From positions 1-64,000 of the IMG/VR virus record IMGVR_UViG_3300020109_000011: DNA of 64,000 nucleotides, one strand, 5' to 3'. Below, one piece after another: positions 19,201 through 26,506 of this stretch; the stretch's first letter is position 1; each line of letters begins with the position of its first letter. The notes beneath the pieces are model-generated. The model saw only the letters and a list, made by a program, of their open reading frames with translations. It searched no databases and was not told where the DNA came from. Position numbers and translations under genes: made by a program. Origin of the DNA: a virus.

Positions 19201-19270
19201 GGTCTCCTACGACGCCCCTGCTGCCCCGGCTGGCGCCGAGGGCCCGACTGGTGGAGAGGCTGCCGCCTGA
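10241..19270 (+). CDS. Giant 3009-aa multidomain head-region protein: 2H phosphoesterase, HPRG module, kinase-like domain, repeats, ART-like C-terminus
   Basis: AHVTL/PHLTL (2H); FYVK..NE..DAWLANRD..DNI..IDNGG (PI3/4K/HipA-like); coupled to the portal stop; strong codon bias. Confidence 0.9.
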   Translation: MSESKHYTTAILAAVPATDDPVHEVVAEDAHVTLQFLGEAAELSEEQVEEITTALEMLASVVYPFEADISGTAELGPDKAQVLLVQSALLTKVRETLGMVEAVSTAVAASDQFPNWIPHLTLAYEGEMPDVSSYKTVTIGSLELWLAEKKTVFPLAQPKDAVTAAGLKVFEEHLHPRGADGRFIEKFGVIKFLTAKGWQYGKVEGIYEENGQVKLTVSPSNLSGKTHGESVVLTPKQVYRAPKTKAHLLVNQSGVTKIGGQGGSNPGGLYSMPAQVPHPDGSVELTGEQDQFYVKTPKSKAIGQNEALTNALYEHAGVPVPEVDLASDGKLYSKIVKGQQDMAQQLSNADWKDQVRRNFVVDAWLANRDVFGMTYDNILTDEHGVPWRIDNGGGLLYRAQGAKKTDFGSQVTELDAFRQGKKAAIFGPEMSKAQEIDGAERVLAISPADIDDLVKAHGLPKSLADTLKARRLYIADYYGLTLPESKAPAEAEGPTSAPLVDAPDIAENEGHNRSWFKVNLSQLGFVASTGDLLELPDGSTKLLGVGDDGQALSMVGAQAQLLGLMQTIGPEAQVYLKKQIDPQQSRPDHGSKLKGSDLTSQRWKRGDQVIDSDGVPWKVLGWNEDTGAMLVQFASKAPVLLDTHGKDKGETFTVQRWDPPAVDTAEPVQTEQQAIDQVQTAVWINPPPVKIETLTEPDDELTTYTQSESGTYVPKVVPAEIVDEFLAPLPAESTKTGQAAQAEQAIKADLNQPLPTGSGAPAPAKTSAPGGAKVMVIGDGTEAATGDSVTSKKDGKTYVFVKPKGQYAVVTDPNGEDPTKQLLKLASTMTQPGKAPAADATEVEAPKTATGEVPQLGMTALAKDGWAGTITLISPDGKFVFITDANGKRKRKSTGTVSITGGTPAVVDTPAPATAPAAPAPLKPYGPAPANVPAAKAALGDISFDLDDPADLDAGDMVVVGYADGTIGLEPYTGQPLDSLLKNTTGKVATHNTITVYQGPVSAEQFVAATAAKAGSHPKHYFVFWDSKVFLTDGKTGPNGGLILWDSENPSTYALELPKTGHVLVIADSTPANESGIVLPDFETIGSSQVLDSGWTPALPLYGDEAKTLADWGQDIGVGSEISLDGEEWLKVTAVTANGVTVQDSNEANTYLTTKASMAKWVIKAPPMKDGDAPNPAFQPGAKDPDLDELPVQSGKKKIADLASGDVVIDAHGGTTIIDSVLVDPDAPGIHKAEITAMGEQDTFPADPNQVLDHLGNITEDFVTVPLETVLDHLYPGAQFQMAGQTMQLVSYPQKLDNGNYRFAVIPEGEPGSPLLYEVGQYDLGADISSEFVVPVKLGSFSSAQDAGADLIQLNALFDAAATQKQDTPDYSAAMTDAGIPFGTAQYPIYYGAQSETFFRAAHSGMEEWDPEGGVWNKVGGSVAEKTKVWDGVPFTGTLKAPEGFQDSTIGITAGLTWALENYKPKPGETIQVVKMPQLSGKSLLISYPYGLDGPAHTILDDQAGGLHASTDPFAGDWKESGGFSDYTVIHDPFAAPTPGPQLTHQAAPQPPAVLGAHLQTAGYEPTPGEQFMVVNQGTATRVWTKQPDGTYVRIFGSGAVGNTPWDLDDIKHTFEGWDQFTFTWLPEGADAPAAVAGMPEGYAPFVPGEGQSLIKVTLGNGKQNVYLQKQPEAGWYELGPDGVVSEASDAVKSNFVVQQKLAGQGLGTGTVKYELLHPKPEGQKQADKPVPEFSNSTGTWTPEAGQKVVALTSYPGDSDPWFYVQSEPGGDWVPSPNTPDTTAQNDSAVQNGISAGQKASGSSWTLVYDGDSGQAAVDTPEKALASFHHHVPLPDTEVYQDAQGDYWAQQAPGGKFYYVNPETGTYSLGGLTEQDITDSAEDMTKVWPTEDGPAIETLTEAFSGYTPKPGDTVIKWTPASGNAVWLVLAEGETVYHPISSEGEIVQSGGIAQYQLDQLNAPGSNQTVETVWPPSAQGKGIEVGGYQTQPTDNVVQFVAQSGTTVTAVQQPDGSWAPIMGGQLEPDDGYSQSTIEWAANPDSGLELTVLQGTLKGAPPAEPEALPTTVTPYAGVNQTTVLAQTNWALEDPAAPLTEYGKTKVQGLTLQPGESAYVASGNGSYVYVRDSAGNWNYVYGDSGEQNLEFSSDEEMEQHLANTSQTLNKVKFATPQAAPVSAPTTYAGPSISGWAAQGLPDPATMGFLGGPEGAAGMQKGMWLFTQADSSLAQGNGTGLYVQLAEDVKPGQTGTVKVQAYAPVQSGDVKDIKHPSNGGTINFNLGQVKHIYGQNASGIPSPDGQQAPVAAPSAPQSAPEAPKAAPAYPGAQKPSQEDINAWGGALTKDGHIPTAGMFVTGKGPMSGKIISVSKDKTKATVLTADGSKSTRLISALKTDPSANYSAYAAPVTLKDIPGGMPLAVDTVAEALEKTAKDGKFRAILNGHPGVSQGQMVVTKTTAPSGKVFNRVHLTLTPAQRAELLATLAGTGEKGDWVKSSKMSDQVAVGDQLPMRKSSTDNPDGTPRWKVDPETKPPTHTVTKVEDDPSGSGVKVVTLKNTVTGEEITSRFHAGKSLSVYAWDPNKPKPVTAGAFSVSETAKAMGWQFVTDGGISAIKGGADKGTLYNEPGSAVTKSALGQVSHSWKTLRNVSQDGVVIEIADPKGADTHSTTGVTVISLPEGADEKALGAALSKMGIDYRPMNQDDAKVAVRGVLRTLLSLDTSDVDTPKHYTDEQLFKQAGQTMGISDLGWQDVLVGVDESTGKTSFFWSDRARAALAGKVSYNLVYRAASTGTAAQIVSTVKYGSASSILKKTTGMLDGSGSVGNGASASSDNSNHAGHGSYASASKEFKLPSTNAQAGYKGSVGIMVYHRPEAVLGRIMDYRVSASDAFGMGHGSGSDHLKYATSMGKVKDYFLGGGLPTEAVGFIAVQDSGERAKAIEQLKAEGFGVINGRPVEDIVITKQKAATLTPDDLPPVTIPANARPILDLPVSYDAPAAPAGAEGPTGGEAAA

Positions 19271-20139
19271 TGACCGCCCCCGTGCAGTTCCCGAGCCTGG
19301 CGATGGTCGAGGTGTCGGGCATGGTGCTCACCGACGCCGTGACCGACACCCAGGAGCGGCTGACCAAGCTCCACCCCGTCCCGGGCCTGGTGGCGGGTGC
19401 CGACCAGGGCGGCTGGGCCGTCGGGTGGGACGAGGACGGCCGGGTCAACGGGGTCATCCTGACTTCCGTCACGGACGAGGGTGACTGGATCGTCGGGTCC
19501 GACACGGCAGGGGTCCAGTACCGCTTCCGCGACCTGGACACCTACGACGCTGTGATGATGTCGCCAGCAGGAGTGCCGCAGCCGCTGATCGCGGTGCAGG
19601 CACACGTACTTCGAGGGGGAGCCTTGGCCGACAGCCTGGACGCGGTGGTCGCGGCCGACAACACGGTGGCGACGCTGATGCTGGAGACCGGGGTGGGCAC
19701 CTTCGTGCGCTACTCCGGGGACTGGCAGCAGCTGCGCGACGACAGCGGCGCCCTGGAGGACATGGCGCTGGTCTCCGTCGCGCCCGGCGCGCTGGACGTG
19801 TGGGACGCCGCCGACTCGGCCGGTCAGACCATCTCGGTCTTCGACCTGCCGCTGAAGGGCGACGGCGGGGAGACGATCAACCCCGAGCCTCAGGTGGACC
19901 TGGAGACTGCTGCCGCCATCGCGGCCAGCGGGGTCTCCATCCCCCAGATCGACACGGTCGAGGATCTGGACCTGGGCATCCGGTACGGCAACGGCCACCC
20001 CGAGGCCCGCTGGTACGTCACGAAGCGGGCGCGGGCCCTGGCGGCCAGCGCGCGGATCCCGGCGCACTGGAACGTGGCCCCGGCGGCCGTGGCGCCCCCT
20101 TTCGCGGCCCTGGCGGCCGAGGGGCTGGCCGAGATGTAG
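19270..20139 (+). CDS. Head-region protein of unknown function
   Basis: TGATG coupling; C-term IPQIDTVEDL..WYVTKRARAL..IPAHW resembles a motif of phage head/protease-associated proteins. Confidence 0.75.
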   Translation: MTAPVQFPSLAMVEVSGMVLTDAVTDTQERLTKLHPVPGLVAGADQGGWAVGWDEDGRVNGVILTSVTDEGDWIVGSDTAGVQYRFRDLDTYDAVMMSPAGVPQPLIAVQAHVLRGGALADSLDAVVAADNTVATLMLETGVGTFVRYSGDWQQLRDDSGALEDMALVSVAPGALDVWDAADSAGQTISVFDLPLKGDGGETINPEPQVDLETAAAIAASGVSIPQIDTVEDLDLGIRYGNGHPEARWYVTKRARALAASARIPAHWNVAPAAVAPPFAALAAEGLAEM

Positions 20140-20210
20140 CTGACCAGGTCCGCGCGACGGCCGGGCTGTTCTCGGACATCTGCGCGAGTGGGAGAACCCC
20201 ACCCGAAGGG

Positions 20211-21656
20211 ATGTTCCGTGCGCTCATCGCTGCCGCGCGTGTCACTGGCCTGTTGCAGGATCCTGCTGTGCTGACGGCGGCCAAGTGGCAGGACTGGCTG
20301 CACCCGCGCGGCAAGGACGGGCGCTTCATCGAGAAGGGCTCGTTCGTCAACATCTTCGCCGACCCCAACGCCTGGACCGGCGACCGCACGGCTGTCCGGC
20401 GGCGGGCGAAGATCGTGGAGCTCCGGCCCGAGGGCGCCTACGTCGCCTACCAGGACACCGAGGGCAAGCCGCTGGACCCCGACCCGAGCTCGGGCTTCCC
20501 CGACCTCATCCCGGTGGACCAGCTGGGCCAGAAGGTCTCCACGGCGCCGCAGGCCATCGCGCACCTCCAGCCCGGCGAGTCCGCCGCCAAGGAGGTCAAG
20601 GACGCGCTGGTCCCCGCGCTGGGCCTGGACGAGTGGAAGGCCGAGATCCAGACCCTGTCCGACGGGCTGGCCGAGACCTTCCCCGAGCAGGCCGACATCG
20701 TGTCAACCGGCCAGGACAAGATCACCGACGAGGCCTTCCTGGAGCACCAGCGCTACGTCACGCTGGCCACGAAGATGGGCCTGCACGGGCCCGGCCGGTC
20801 GATGTCCATCGACGGCTCGATGAAGGACTCCTTCGGCCTGTGGTCGGAGGAGATGCGCGAGGTCTTCGAGGGCATGGTCAACGCCGCCTACGACGAGCTC
20901 ACCGCCGGGCAGACCAAGCCCCGGGACTCCCGGGCCATCGTGCTGGGCGGTCTGCCGGGCGCCGGGAAGTCCTCCACGCTGGACGCGATGGCCGAGTCCA
21001 AGGTCTTCAACAAGGACGAGTGGATCATCGCCAACCCCGACTGGTTCAAGGACCGGATCATCGCCCAGGGGCTGGCCCCGCAGATCCACGGCCTGGCCCC
21101 GGCCGAGACGGCCAGCTTCATCCACGAGGCCTCGTCCGAGATGAACCACATGCTGGAGCAGCTGCTGACCGTCGAGGGCTACAACGTCATCTTCGACATC
21201 ACGCTGGGCTCCAGCTTCTGGACCGGCGAGACGATCAACCGGCTGGAGAGCCTGGACTACTCCATCGACGGGATCTTCGTGGACGTGCCGCCGACCACCG
21301 CGCGTACCCGCTCCCAGTCCCGGCACCGCTCCGGCCTGGACGCGCTGCGCACCGGCCAGTCCCGGCGGACCGACGACCCCGAGCTCTCCAACGGCGGCCG
21401 GGTGGTCCCCGAGGCCGTGCTGGCCGCCGCCGAGATCGACAAGAAGGACCCCGACGCCGAGACCTACAACTCGGCGAACGCCCGGAACTTCGACCAGATC
21501 AAGGGCCAGTTCGCCCGCTGGGCGGTCTGGGACAACTCGGGCGATTCCCCGGAGTTCATCGACGGCTCCGGCATCGGCCCGGACGACCCCCAGTCGATGC
21601 CCGGCTACTACCCGTCCGGCCCGACCGTCGCTGCTGTCCTGGAGGCCTCTGCATGA
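20211..21656 (+). CDS. Zeta-toxin-family P-loop kinase with N-terminal HPRG module
   Basis: LGGLPGAGKSS, IANPDWFK, FIHEASS, VIFDITL, GGRVVPE; likely ATG 20211 within ORF 19800..21656. Confidence 0.85.
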   Translation: MFRALIAAARVTGLLQDPAVLTAAKWQDWLHPRGKDGRFIEKGSFVNIFADPNAWTGDRTAVRRRAKIVELRPEGAYVAYQDTEGKPLDPDPSSGFPDLIPVDQLGQKVSTAPQAIAHLQPGESAAKEVKDALVPALGLDEWKAEIQTLSDGLAETFPEQADIVSTGQDKITDEAFLEHQRYVTLATKMGLHGPGRSMSIDGSMKDSFGLWSEEMREVFEGMVNAAYDELTAGQTKPRDSRAIVLGGLPGAGKSSTLDAMAESKVFNKDEWIIANPDWFKDRIIAQGLAPQIHGLAPAETASFIHEASSEMNHMLEQLLTVEGYNVIFDITLGSSFWTGETINRLESLDYSIDGIFVDVPPTTARTRSQSRHRSGLDALRTGQSRRTDDPELSNGGRVVPEAVLAAAEIDKKDPDAETYNSANARNFDQIKGQFARWAVWDNSGDSPEFIDGSGIGPDDPQSMPGYYPSGPTVAAVLEASA

Positions 21657-21991
21657 CCACCCCCGAGCGCTCCGAAGTGCCTCAGGGCGAGAACGTCCAG
21701 GCGGTGCGGGACGCCATCGAGGCCATGCGGACCGGCTCCGGCGACTTCGAGGGGCTGCGCGCGGCCGTCTCCGGCGCCCGCTTCGCGGTGCGCCCGACGG
21801 CCCGCAGCGAGGAGGACGTGGCCGCCGCCTGGGACTACGTCCCGCTGCCGGACTCCTTCACCGATACCGTGGAGGCGGCGAGATGGCAGAAGATCATCAC
21901 GCCTGAGCAGGTGGGGGAGCTCCGGAGCATGGCCCAGTTCGTCGCAGAGGCGCCCAGCCGGATGCCGCAGGAAGACCGGGGGGCAGCCTGA
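21653..21991 (+). CDS. Small helical protein (candidate antitoxin/immunity for the zeta domain)
   Basis: ATGA overlap with the zeta gene; GGAGG SD; function inferred from position only. Confidence 0.7.
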   Translation: MTTPERSEVPQGENVQAVRDAIEAMRTGSGDFEGLRAAVSGARFAVRPTARSEEDVAAAWDYVPLPDSFTDTVEAARWQKIITPEQVGELRSMAQFVAEAPSRMPQEDRGAA

Positions 21992-24366
21992 TGACCAGCC
22001 TGATGATGTCGGGGTACGGCCTGAAGAAGCTGCCGACCCGTTCGGTGCGCGAGGCGGCCAGGGAGTCCTCCGACCCCTACGCCAGCCTGGTGTCAACCGG
22101 CAACGTCCGGCCCTGGGACCTGTTCAGCATCCAGGCCAGCTGCGGGATCCCCGGCGCGCGTGAGTGGGCCGACCGCACGCTGGACGCCGTGCTCGCCGCC
22201 GCGCTGGAGCCGGTGAAGCCCGCGCTGGACTGCGAGGACTGCATCGACCTCGGCTTCTACGGCCGGGTGGACCGCTCCGACCCCGACACCCTCACCGCGC
22301 TGCTGCGCCGGGTGGGTGACGGCGGGTACGAGCAGCTGACCGTCAGCGGCACCTGGCAGGCCTACGAGATCGTGGCCGACCAGCAGCTGGAGATCCTGAC
22401 CCGCGAGCTCGCCGGGGACCTGGCCGAGGCCATCACGGCCGGGGCCAGCGGGCTCACGCGCCGGTACTTCTGGCCCGCCGCGTTCCTGCCGCCGAGCGCG
22501 ATGATCGCGGCCGTCCCGGCCGACCAGGTCACCGCCGCGCTGCCCGAGACGGTGGCCGTGGACAGCCAGGACGCGCTGGACCCCGAGCTCGCATCCGAGC
22601 AGGGCTGGGTGGCCTACGCGGTCGTGGACGACCTGGACCCCGGTGCCGTGCTCGACCTCATCCGGCTGCGCCGGGGAGCGACCGGGCCCGAGCTCGTGGC
22701 CTACCGCAACGGCGCCTGGAGCGAGGCGCCGGAGATCCTGGCCGACCTCCAGGGCGTGCAGCCCCCGCCGCTGGTGGAGCTCGACCAGGCCCAGCAGGCC
22801 AGCGTGCTGGAGCAGATCGGCGGCGTGCCCGAGGGCAGCGAGGACTCCGGCGACCCGGGCGAGGGCCTGGACGAGGCCGACAAGGTTCCGCCGCTGGCCG
22901 CTGCCGCCTTCGGCCGGAAGACCCCGGACCGCCTGGGCGCCCTGCTGGCCGACGCGCCCCTGACCGTGAGCCCGGACCCGCGCGCCGAGAAGCTGCGCCG
23001 GTACTGGACCACCGGGAAGGGCGCGGCGAAGATCCGCTGGGGCACCCCCGGCGACTGGACCCGGTGCTACCGCCAGCTGCGCAAGCACATGGGGCTGCGG
23101 GCCAAGGGCTACTGCCAGAACCTGCACAAGCGCGCCACCGGCATGTGGGCCGGTGACCGAGGCAACCGGGGCGGCGGACGTGCTGCCGCCCTGGCGGCGG
23201 CTGGAACCCCAGCTGCCCAGTCGATGGAGGTCGCGCTGGTCGCGGCCGTGTCAACCGGGCGCTGGTTCTGCCCGGAGGGAGGCACCACCATGCTGAAGGA
23301 CGGCATCTACGTGGAGGGCGGCGAGAACGTCGCGCTGCTGCGGACGCTCACCGCCGGGGGCTTCCCGGTCGCGCCGCCGGACGAGTGGTTCGAGAACCCC
23401 CAGCTGGACGGCCCGACGCCGCTCACGGTAGACGACGACGGCCGGGTCTACGGCCACATCGCCACCCGCGACGTGTCGCACATCGGCCTGCCGGGCCGGG
23501 TCAAGGCGCCGATCTCGAAGACGGACTACGCCTACTTCAAGACCGGCCAGCTGGTGACCGCCAGCGGTCGGAAGGTCAACGTCGGGCAGCTGACCCTGGC
23601 CGGGGGCCACGCGCCCCTCCAGGCCGACGCAGCGGCGGCCGTGGCCCACTACGACAACACCGCCAGCGCGGTGGCCGACCTCAACGCCGGGGACGACCAG
23701 TGGGGCATCTGGGTGGCCGGGGCCGTGCGCCCGGAGGTCACCCCCTCCCAGCTGCGCACGCTGCGCGCCAGCGCGCCGTCGGGCGACTGGCGGCCGATCA
23801 ACGGTCGGCTGGAGCTCGTGGCCTGCTGCCAGGTCAACGTGCCCGGCTTCCCGGTCGTGCGCGCCCGGGTGGCCAGCGGCGCCATCACCAGCCTGGTGGC
23901 GGCCGGTGCGGGGCCGCTCTACGCCCGGCGCCTGGCGCTGATGGCCGACGCGGCCACGGCCGAGCGCATCACCGCGCTGGAGAACGCCGTCTTCGCCCAG
24001 CTGACCGCCGGGCTGGAGGACCCCAGCGAGGTCATCGTGGCCGACGGGGAGGGCGAGGGCCTGGATGGCGGGGAGCCGATCTCCGAGGAGCAGGCAGCGG
24101 CCGAGGGCCTGGAGGACGAGGACCCGGCGGCCGAGCCGGAGATCAGCGACGCCGTGAAGCGCGCACGGGAGGCCGTGGCCGCGCGGAAGGCGGCCCAGCC
24201 TGCTGAGGCGGCCGTGGAGGCCACGGAGGAGCCTCCGGCACCCGAGGAGACCAGCACCGACCCCGCCAAGGCCACGGACGAGGACAAGGAGCGCGCCGAC
24301 CGGCTGGCCGCGCTGCGCGCGCGGGTGCACGGCAACCGCGAGCCGGTCGCCGCCTCCGGCTCCTGA
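21991..24366 (+). CDS. Capsid maturation protease fusion (cluster-B-like) with scaffold-like C-terminus
   Basis: PPDEWFENPQLDGPTPLTVDDDGRVYGHIA..HYDNT..GIWVAGAVRP..SGDWR..VNVPGFP; upstream GDWTRC..GYCQNLH domain; acidic tail. Confidence 0.8.
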   Translation: MTSLMMSGYGLKKLPTRSVREAARESSDPYASLVSTGNVRPWDLFSIQASCGIPGAREWADRTLDAVLAAALEPVKPALDCEDCIDLGFYGRVDRSDPDTLTALLRRVGDGGYEQLTVSGTWQAYEIVADQQLEILTRELAGDLAEAITAGASGLTRRYFWPAAFLPPSAMIAAVPADQVTAALPETVAVDSQDALDPELASEQGWVAYAVVDDLDPGAVLDLIRLRRGATGPELVAYRNGAWSEAPEILADLQGVQPPPLVELDQAQQASVLEQIGGVPEGSEDSGDPGEGLDEADKVPPLAAAAFGRKTPDRLGALLADAPLTVSPDPRAEKLRRYWTTGKGAAKIRWGTPGDWTRCYRQLRKHMGLRAKGYCQNLHKRATGMWAGDRGNRGGGRAAALAAAGTPAAQSMEVALVAAVSTGRWFCPEGGTTMLKDGIYVEGGENVALLRTLTAGGFPVAPPDEWFENPQLDGPTPLTVDDDGRVYGHIATRDVSHIGLPGRVKAPISKTDYAYFKTGQLVTASGRKVNVGQLTLAGGHAPLQADAAAAVAHYDNTASAVADLNAGDDQWGIWVAGAVRPEVTPSQLRTLRASAPSGDWRPINGRLELVACCQVNVPGFPVVRARVASGAITSLVAAGAGPLYARRLALMADAATAERITALENAVFAQLTAGLEDPSEVIVADGEGEGLDGGEPISEEQAAAEGLEDEDPAAEPEISDAVKRAREAVAARKAAQPAEAAVEATEEPPAPEETSTDPAKATDEDKERADRLAALRARVHGNREPVAASGS

Positions 24367-24403
24367 CCTCCGACCCGGCCTGCCCACCCCCGAGAGGACC
24401 CGC

Positions 24404-26440
24404 GTGCTGACGACCGCCGAGCGCCTGGATGTGCTGGAGCGCGCGGTGACCGCCGCCTTCGACCCCAGCCAGCCGCGCGACAAGAACGGCCGCTGGATCG
24501 ACACGTTCTCCTCGGTGCACTTCTCCACCGGCCTCATGGGGAAGAAGCGGGCAGGCCGGGTCGCCGGTCCCACCGCCGGGAAGCCCGGCTACTTCGACGT
24601 GGTGGAGAGCGGCAGCGGCAAGCGCACCAGCATCCGCTCGGACAAGCTGGAGGTCATCGACGCCCGGGCCCGGCTGGACACCGGCCTGGACGAGGCGACT
24701 CGGGGGCTGATCGACCGGACCAGCCAGCGTCTGGGCCCTGGGGCACCGTCGGCGCCCGCGCCCGCGCCTGCACCGGCTCCCGTGCCGGAGGCGCCCCGGC
24801 CGGTTGACACGCCCGCCCCGGTCATCGACATGGCCCAGCGGGCCCCGAGCCTGCCCGGTCGCAAGACCGCCGAGGAGGCTCCGGCCGGGGAGCGGTTCCA
24901 CGCGAAGGGACCCGACGGGCAGGGCCTCCAGCTGCTGCTGGCGGGCAAGGCCCGTCGGTCCGACGGCGGCTGGACGATCATCGGCCACGACCAGGAGGGC
25001 AACTCCCACCGCGTCGTGGTCCCGCCCGGCGGCACGCTGCGGACGATCCAGCCCGACGCACCCTGGCCGGACACCCGCAACGTGCCCGAGCCCCCGAAGG
25101 ACCCCCAGAAGCCGGGCACGCCGCGCGGCAACGCCACGCTGGAGGATCTGGAGGCCGAGGCCGCCGCCAACGGCGAGATCGTGCTGTACCACGGCGGCCT
25201 GCCCGAGGGCACCGGGATGGACGACATCGACCTGGGCCGCGCCGGGAGCCAGCAGAACAAGAAGGGGAAGTCCTACGGCGGCTTCTACCTGACCGACCCC
25301 GGCTCGAAGGACTGGTCCACCGACTACGCGCGGGGCCGCAACGGGGTCATGCACGGCTTCCGGGTCAGCAAGGACGCGAAGGTCGGCGACCTGGGCAGCA
25401 AGAACATCGACCGCCTGTCGGCGAACGAGCGCGCGTCCCTGGCCGAGCAGTTCGACGTGGTCAAGGGCAAGGACACGATGGGCCGCGACCAGTACGTCCT
25501 GCTCAACAAGGACGCCATCTCGGGCGTGGGCGAGACCAACGTGGGGCTGGGCCGCACGGGCAACGTCGGGACCCGGCCGGTGGCCGCCGCACTGCTGGCT
25601 GCGCCGCCCCCGGCTGGGGGCCCGGCGCACCGGATCGCGGCCGACTACGGCGCCAAGAGCAAGAAGAAGGGCCGGAAGGTCGCCACGAAGGCCGGGGAGA
25701 AGCGCTACGGCCTGCCCATCGGCACCCCGCTGGGCCAGGGCAAGGCGAAGAACGAGCAGGACGCCTACAAGCGCTTCACCGACCAGAAGACCCCGGCCGA
25801 CCTCGCGCGAACCGCCTCGTACATGAGCAACGGCGACCTGGCCCTGACGGCCAAGGCCGTGTTCGGCGTGAAGGGCCAGAACGAGTGGGACAAGGCCGCG
25901 CAGATCGCGCTGGTGAAGGAGCTCGCCCAGCGGGGGATCGACCCGCACGGGCTGGGCTACGAGGGCGGCTTCGTCGCGCTGAACCCGAACCCGAAGAAGG
26001 ACCCGACGATCAAGGCGGCGAAGAAGCCGAAGGCCTCCGAGCTCCCTGACAGCGTGGACGCCGAGAAGCTGTCCGACGCGGACCTGAGCGTGCTGGCCGA
26101 AGCTGGCTGGAAGGGCCGGGCCGACGACCAGCGCGAAGCTCTCTACGCCCCGGAGAATCCCGGACCGCTGCCGTCCGGCCGCCTGAGCCAGCCCGCCAAG
26201 GAGATGCTGCTGGCCCAGGGCTGGCGGACACAGGGCGACCAGCTGGTGCCGCCGAAGACGCAGGTCGAGAAGGAGAACGAGCGCCTGGCCCGGGAGGCCG
26301 AGAGCACGGCCAAGAAGGCCGAGACCGAGCGGAAGAAGGCCGAGGCCGAGGCCGAGAAGGCGCGCAAGGCGGCCGAGCGCCAGGCCGAGCGCGAGCGGCT
26401 GGCGGCCGAGGAGTTGGCGACCATCCCCCGGCGCCGCTGA
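24404..26440 (+). CDS. ADP-ribosyltransferase-domain protein with N-terminal QPRD module and C-terminal coiled coil
   Basis: IVLYHGG ... GGFYLTD ... DYA ... QYVLLN (H-Y-type ART); FDPSQPRDKNGRWID; RKVATKAGEKRYGLPIGTP. Confidence 0.8.
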   Translation: MLTTAERLDVLERAVTAAFDPSQPRDKNGRWIDTFSSVHFSTGLMGKKRAGRVAGPTAGKPGYFDVVESGSGKRTSIRSDKLEVIDARARLDTGLDEATRGLIDRTSQRLGPGAPSAPAPAPAPAPVPEAPRPVDTPAPVIDMAQRAPSLPGRKTAEEAPAGERFHAKGPDGQGLQLLLAGKARRSDGGWTIIGHDQEGNSHRVVVPPGGTLRTIQPDAPWPDTRNVPEPPKDPQKPGTPRGNATLEDLEAEAAANGEIVLYHGGLPEGTGMDDIDLGRAGSQQNKKGKSYGGFYLTDPGSKDWSTDYARGRNGVMHGFRVSKDAKVGDLGSKNIDRLSANERASLAEQFDVVKGKDTMGRDQYVLLNKDAISGVGETNVGLGRTGNVGTRPVAAALLAAPPPAGGPAHRIAADYGAKSKKKGRKVATKAGEKRYGLPIGTPLGQGKAKNEQDAYKRFTDQKTPADLARTASYMSNGDLALTAKAVFGVKGQNEWDKAAQIALVKELAQRGIDPHGLGYEGGFVALNPNPKKDPTIKAAKKPKASELPDSVDAEKLSDADLSVLAEAGWKGRADDQREALYAPENPGPLPSGRLSQPAKEMLLAQGWRTQGDQLVPPKTQVEKENERLAREAESTAKKAETERKKAEAEAEKARKAAERQAERERLAAEELATIPRRR

Positions 26441-26452
26441 CCGGTTGACACG

Positions 26453-26489
26453 ACAGAGGCCCCCCGCCCGATGGGCGAGGGGCCTCTGT
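26453..26489. terminator. Hairpin between convergent genes
   Basis: acagaggcccc-ccgccc / gggcga-ggggcctctgt. Confidence 0.7.
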
Positions 26490-26506
26490 GCTGAGAAGGG
26501 GGCTTA

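Noticed and set aside
19800-20210. N-terminal extension of the zeta ORF given by the ORF track
   Set aside because: It overlaps the 19270-20139 gene and looks off-frame; ATG 20211 is the more plausible start.
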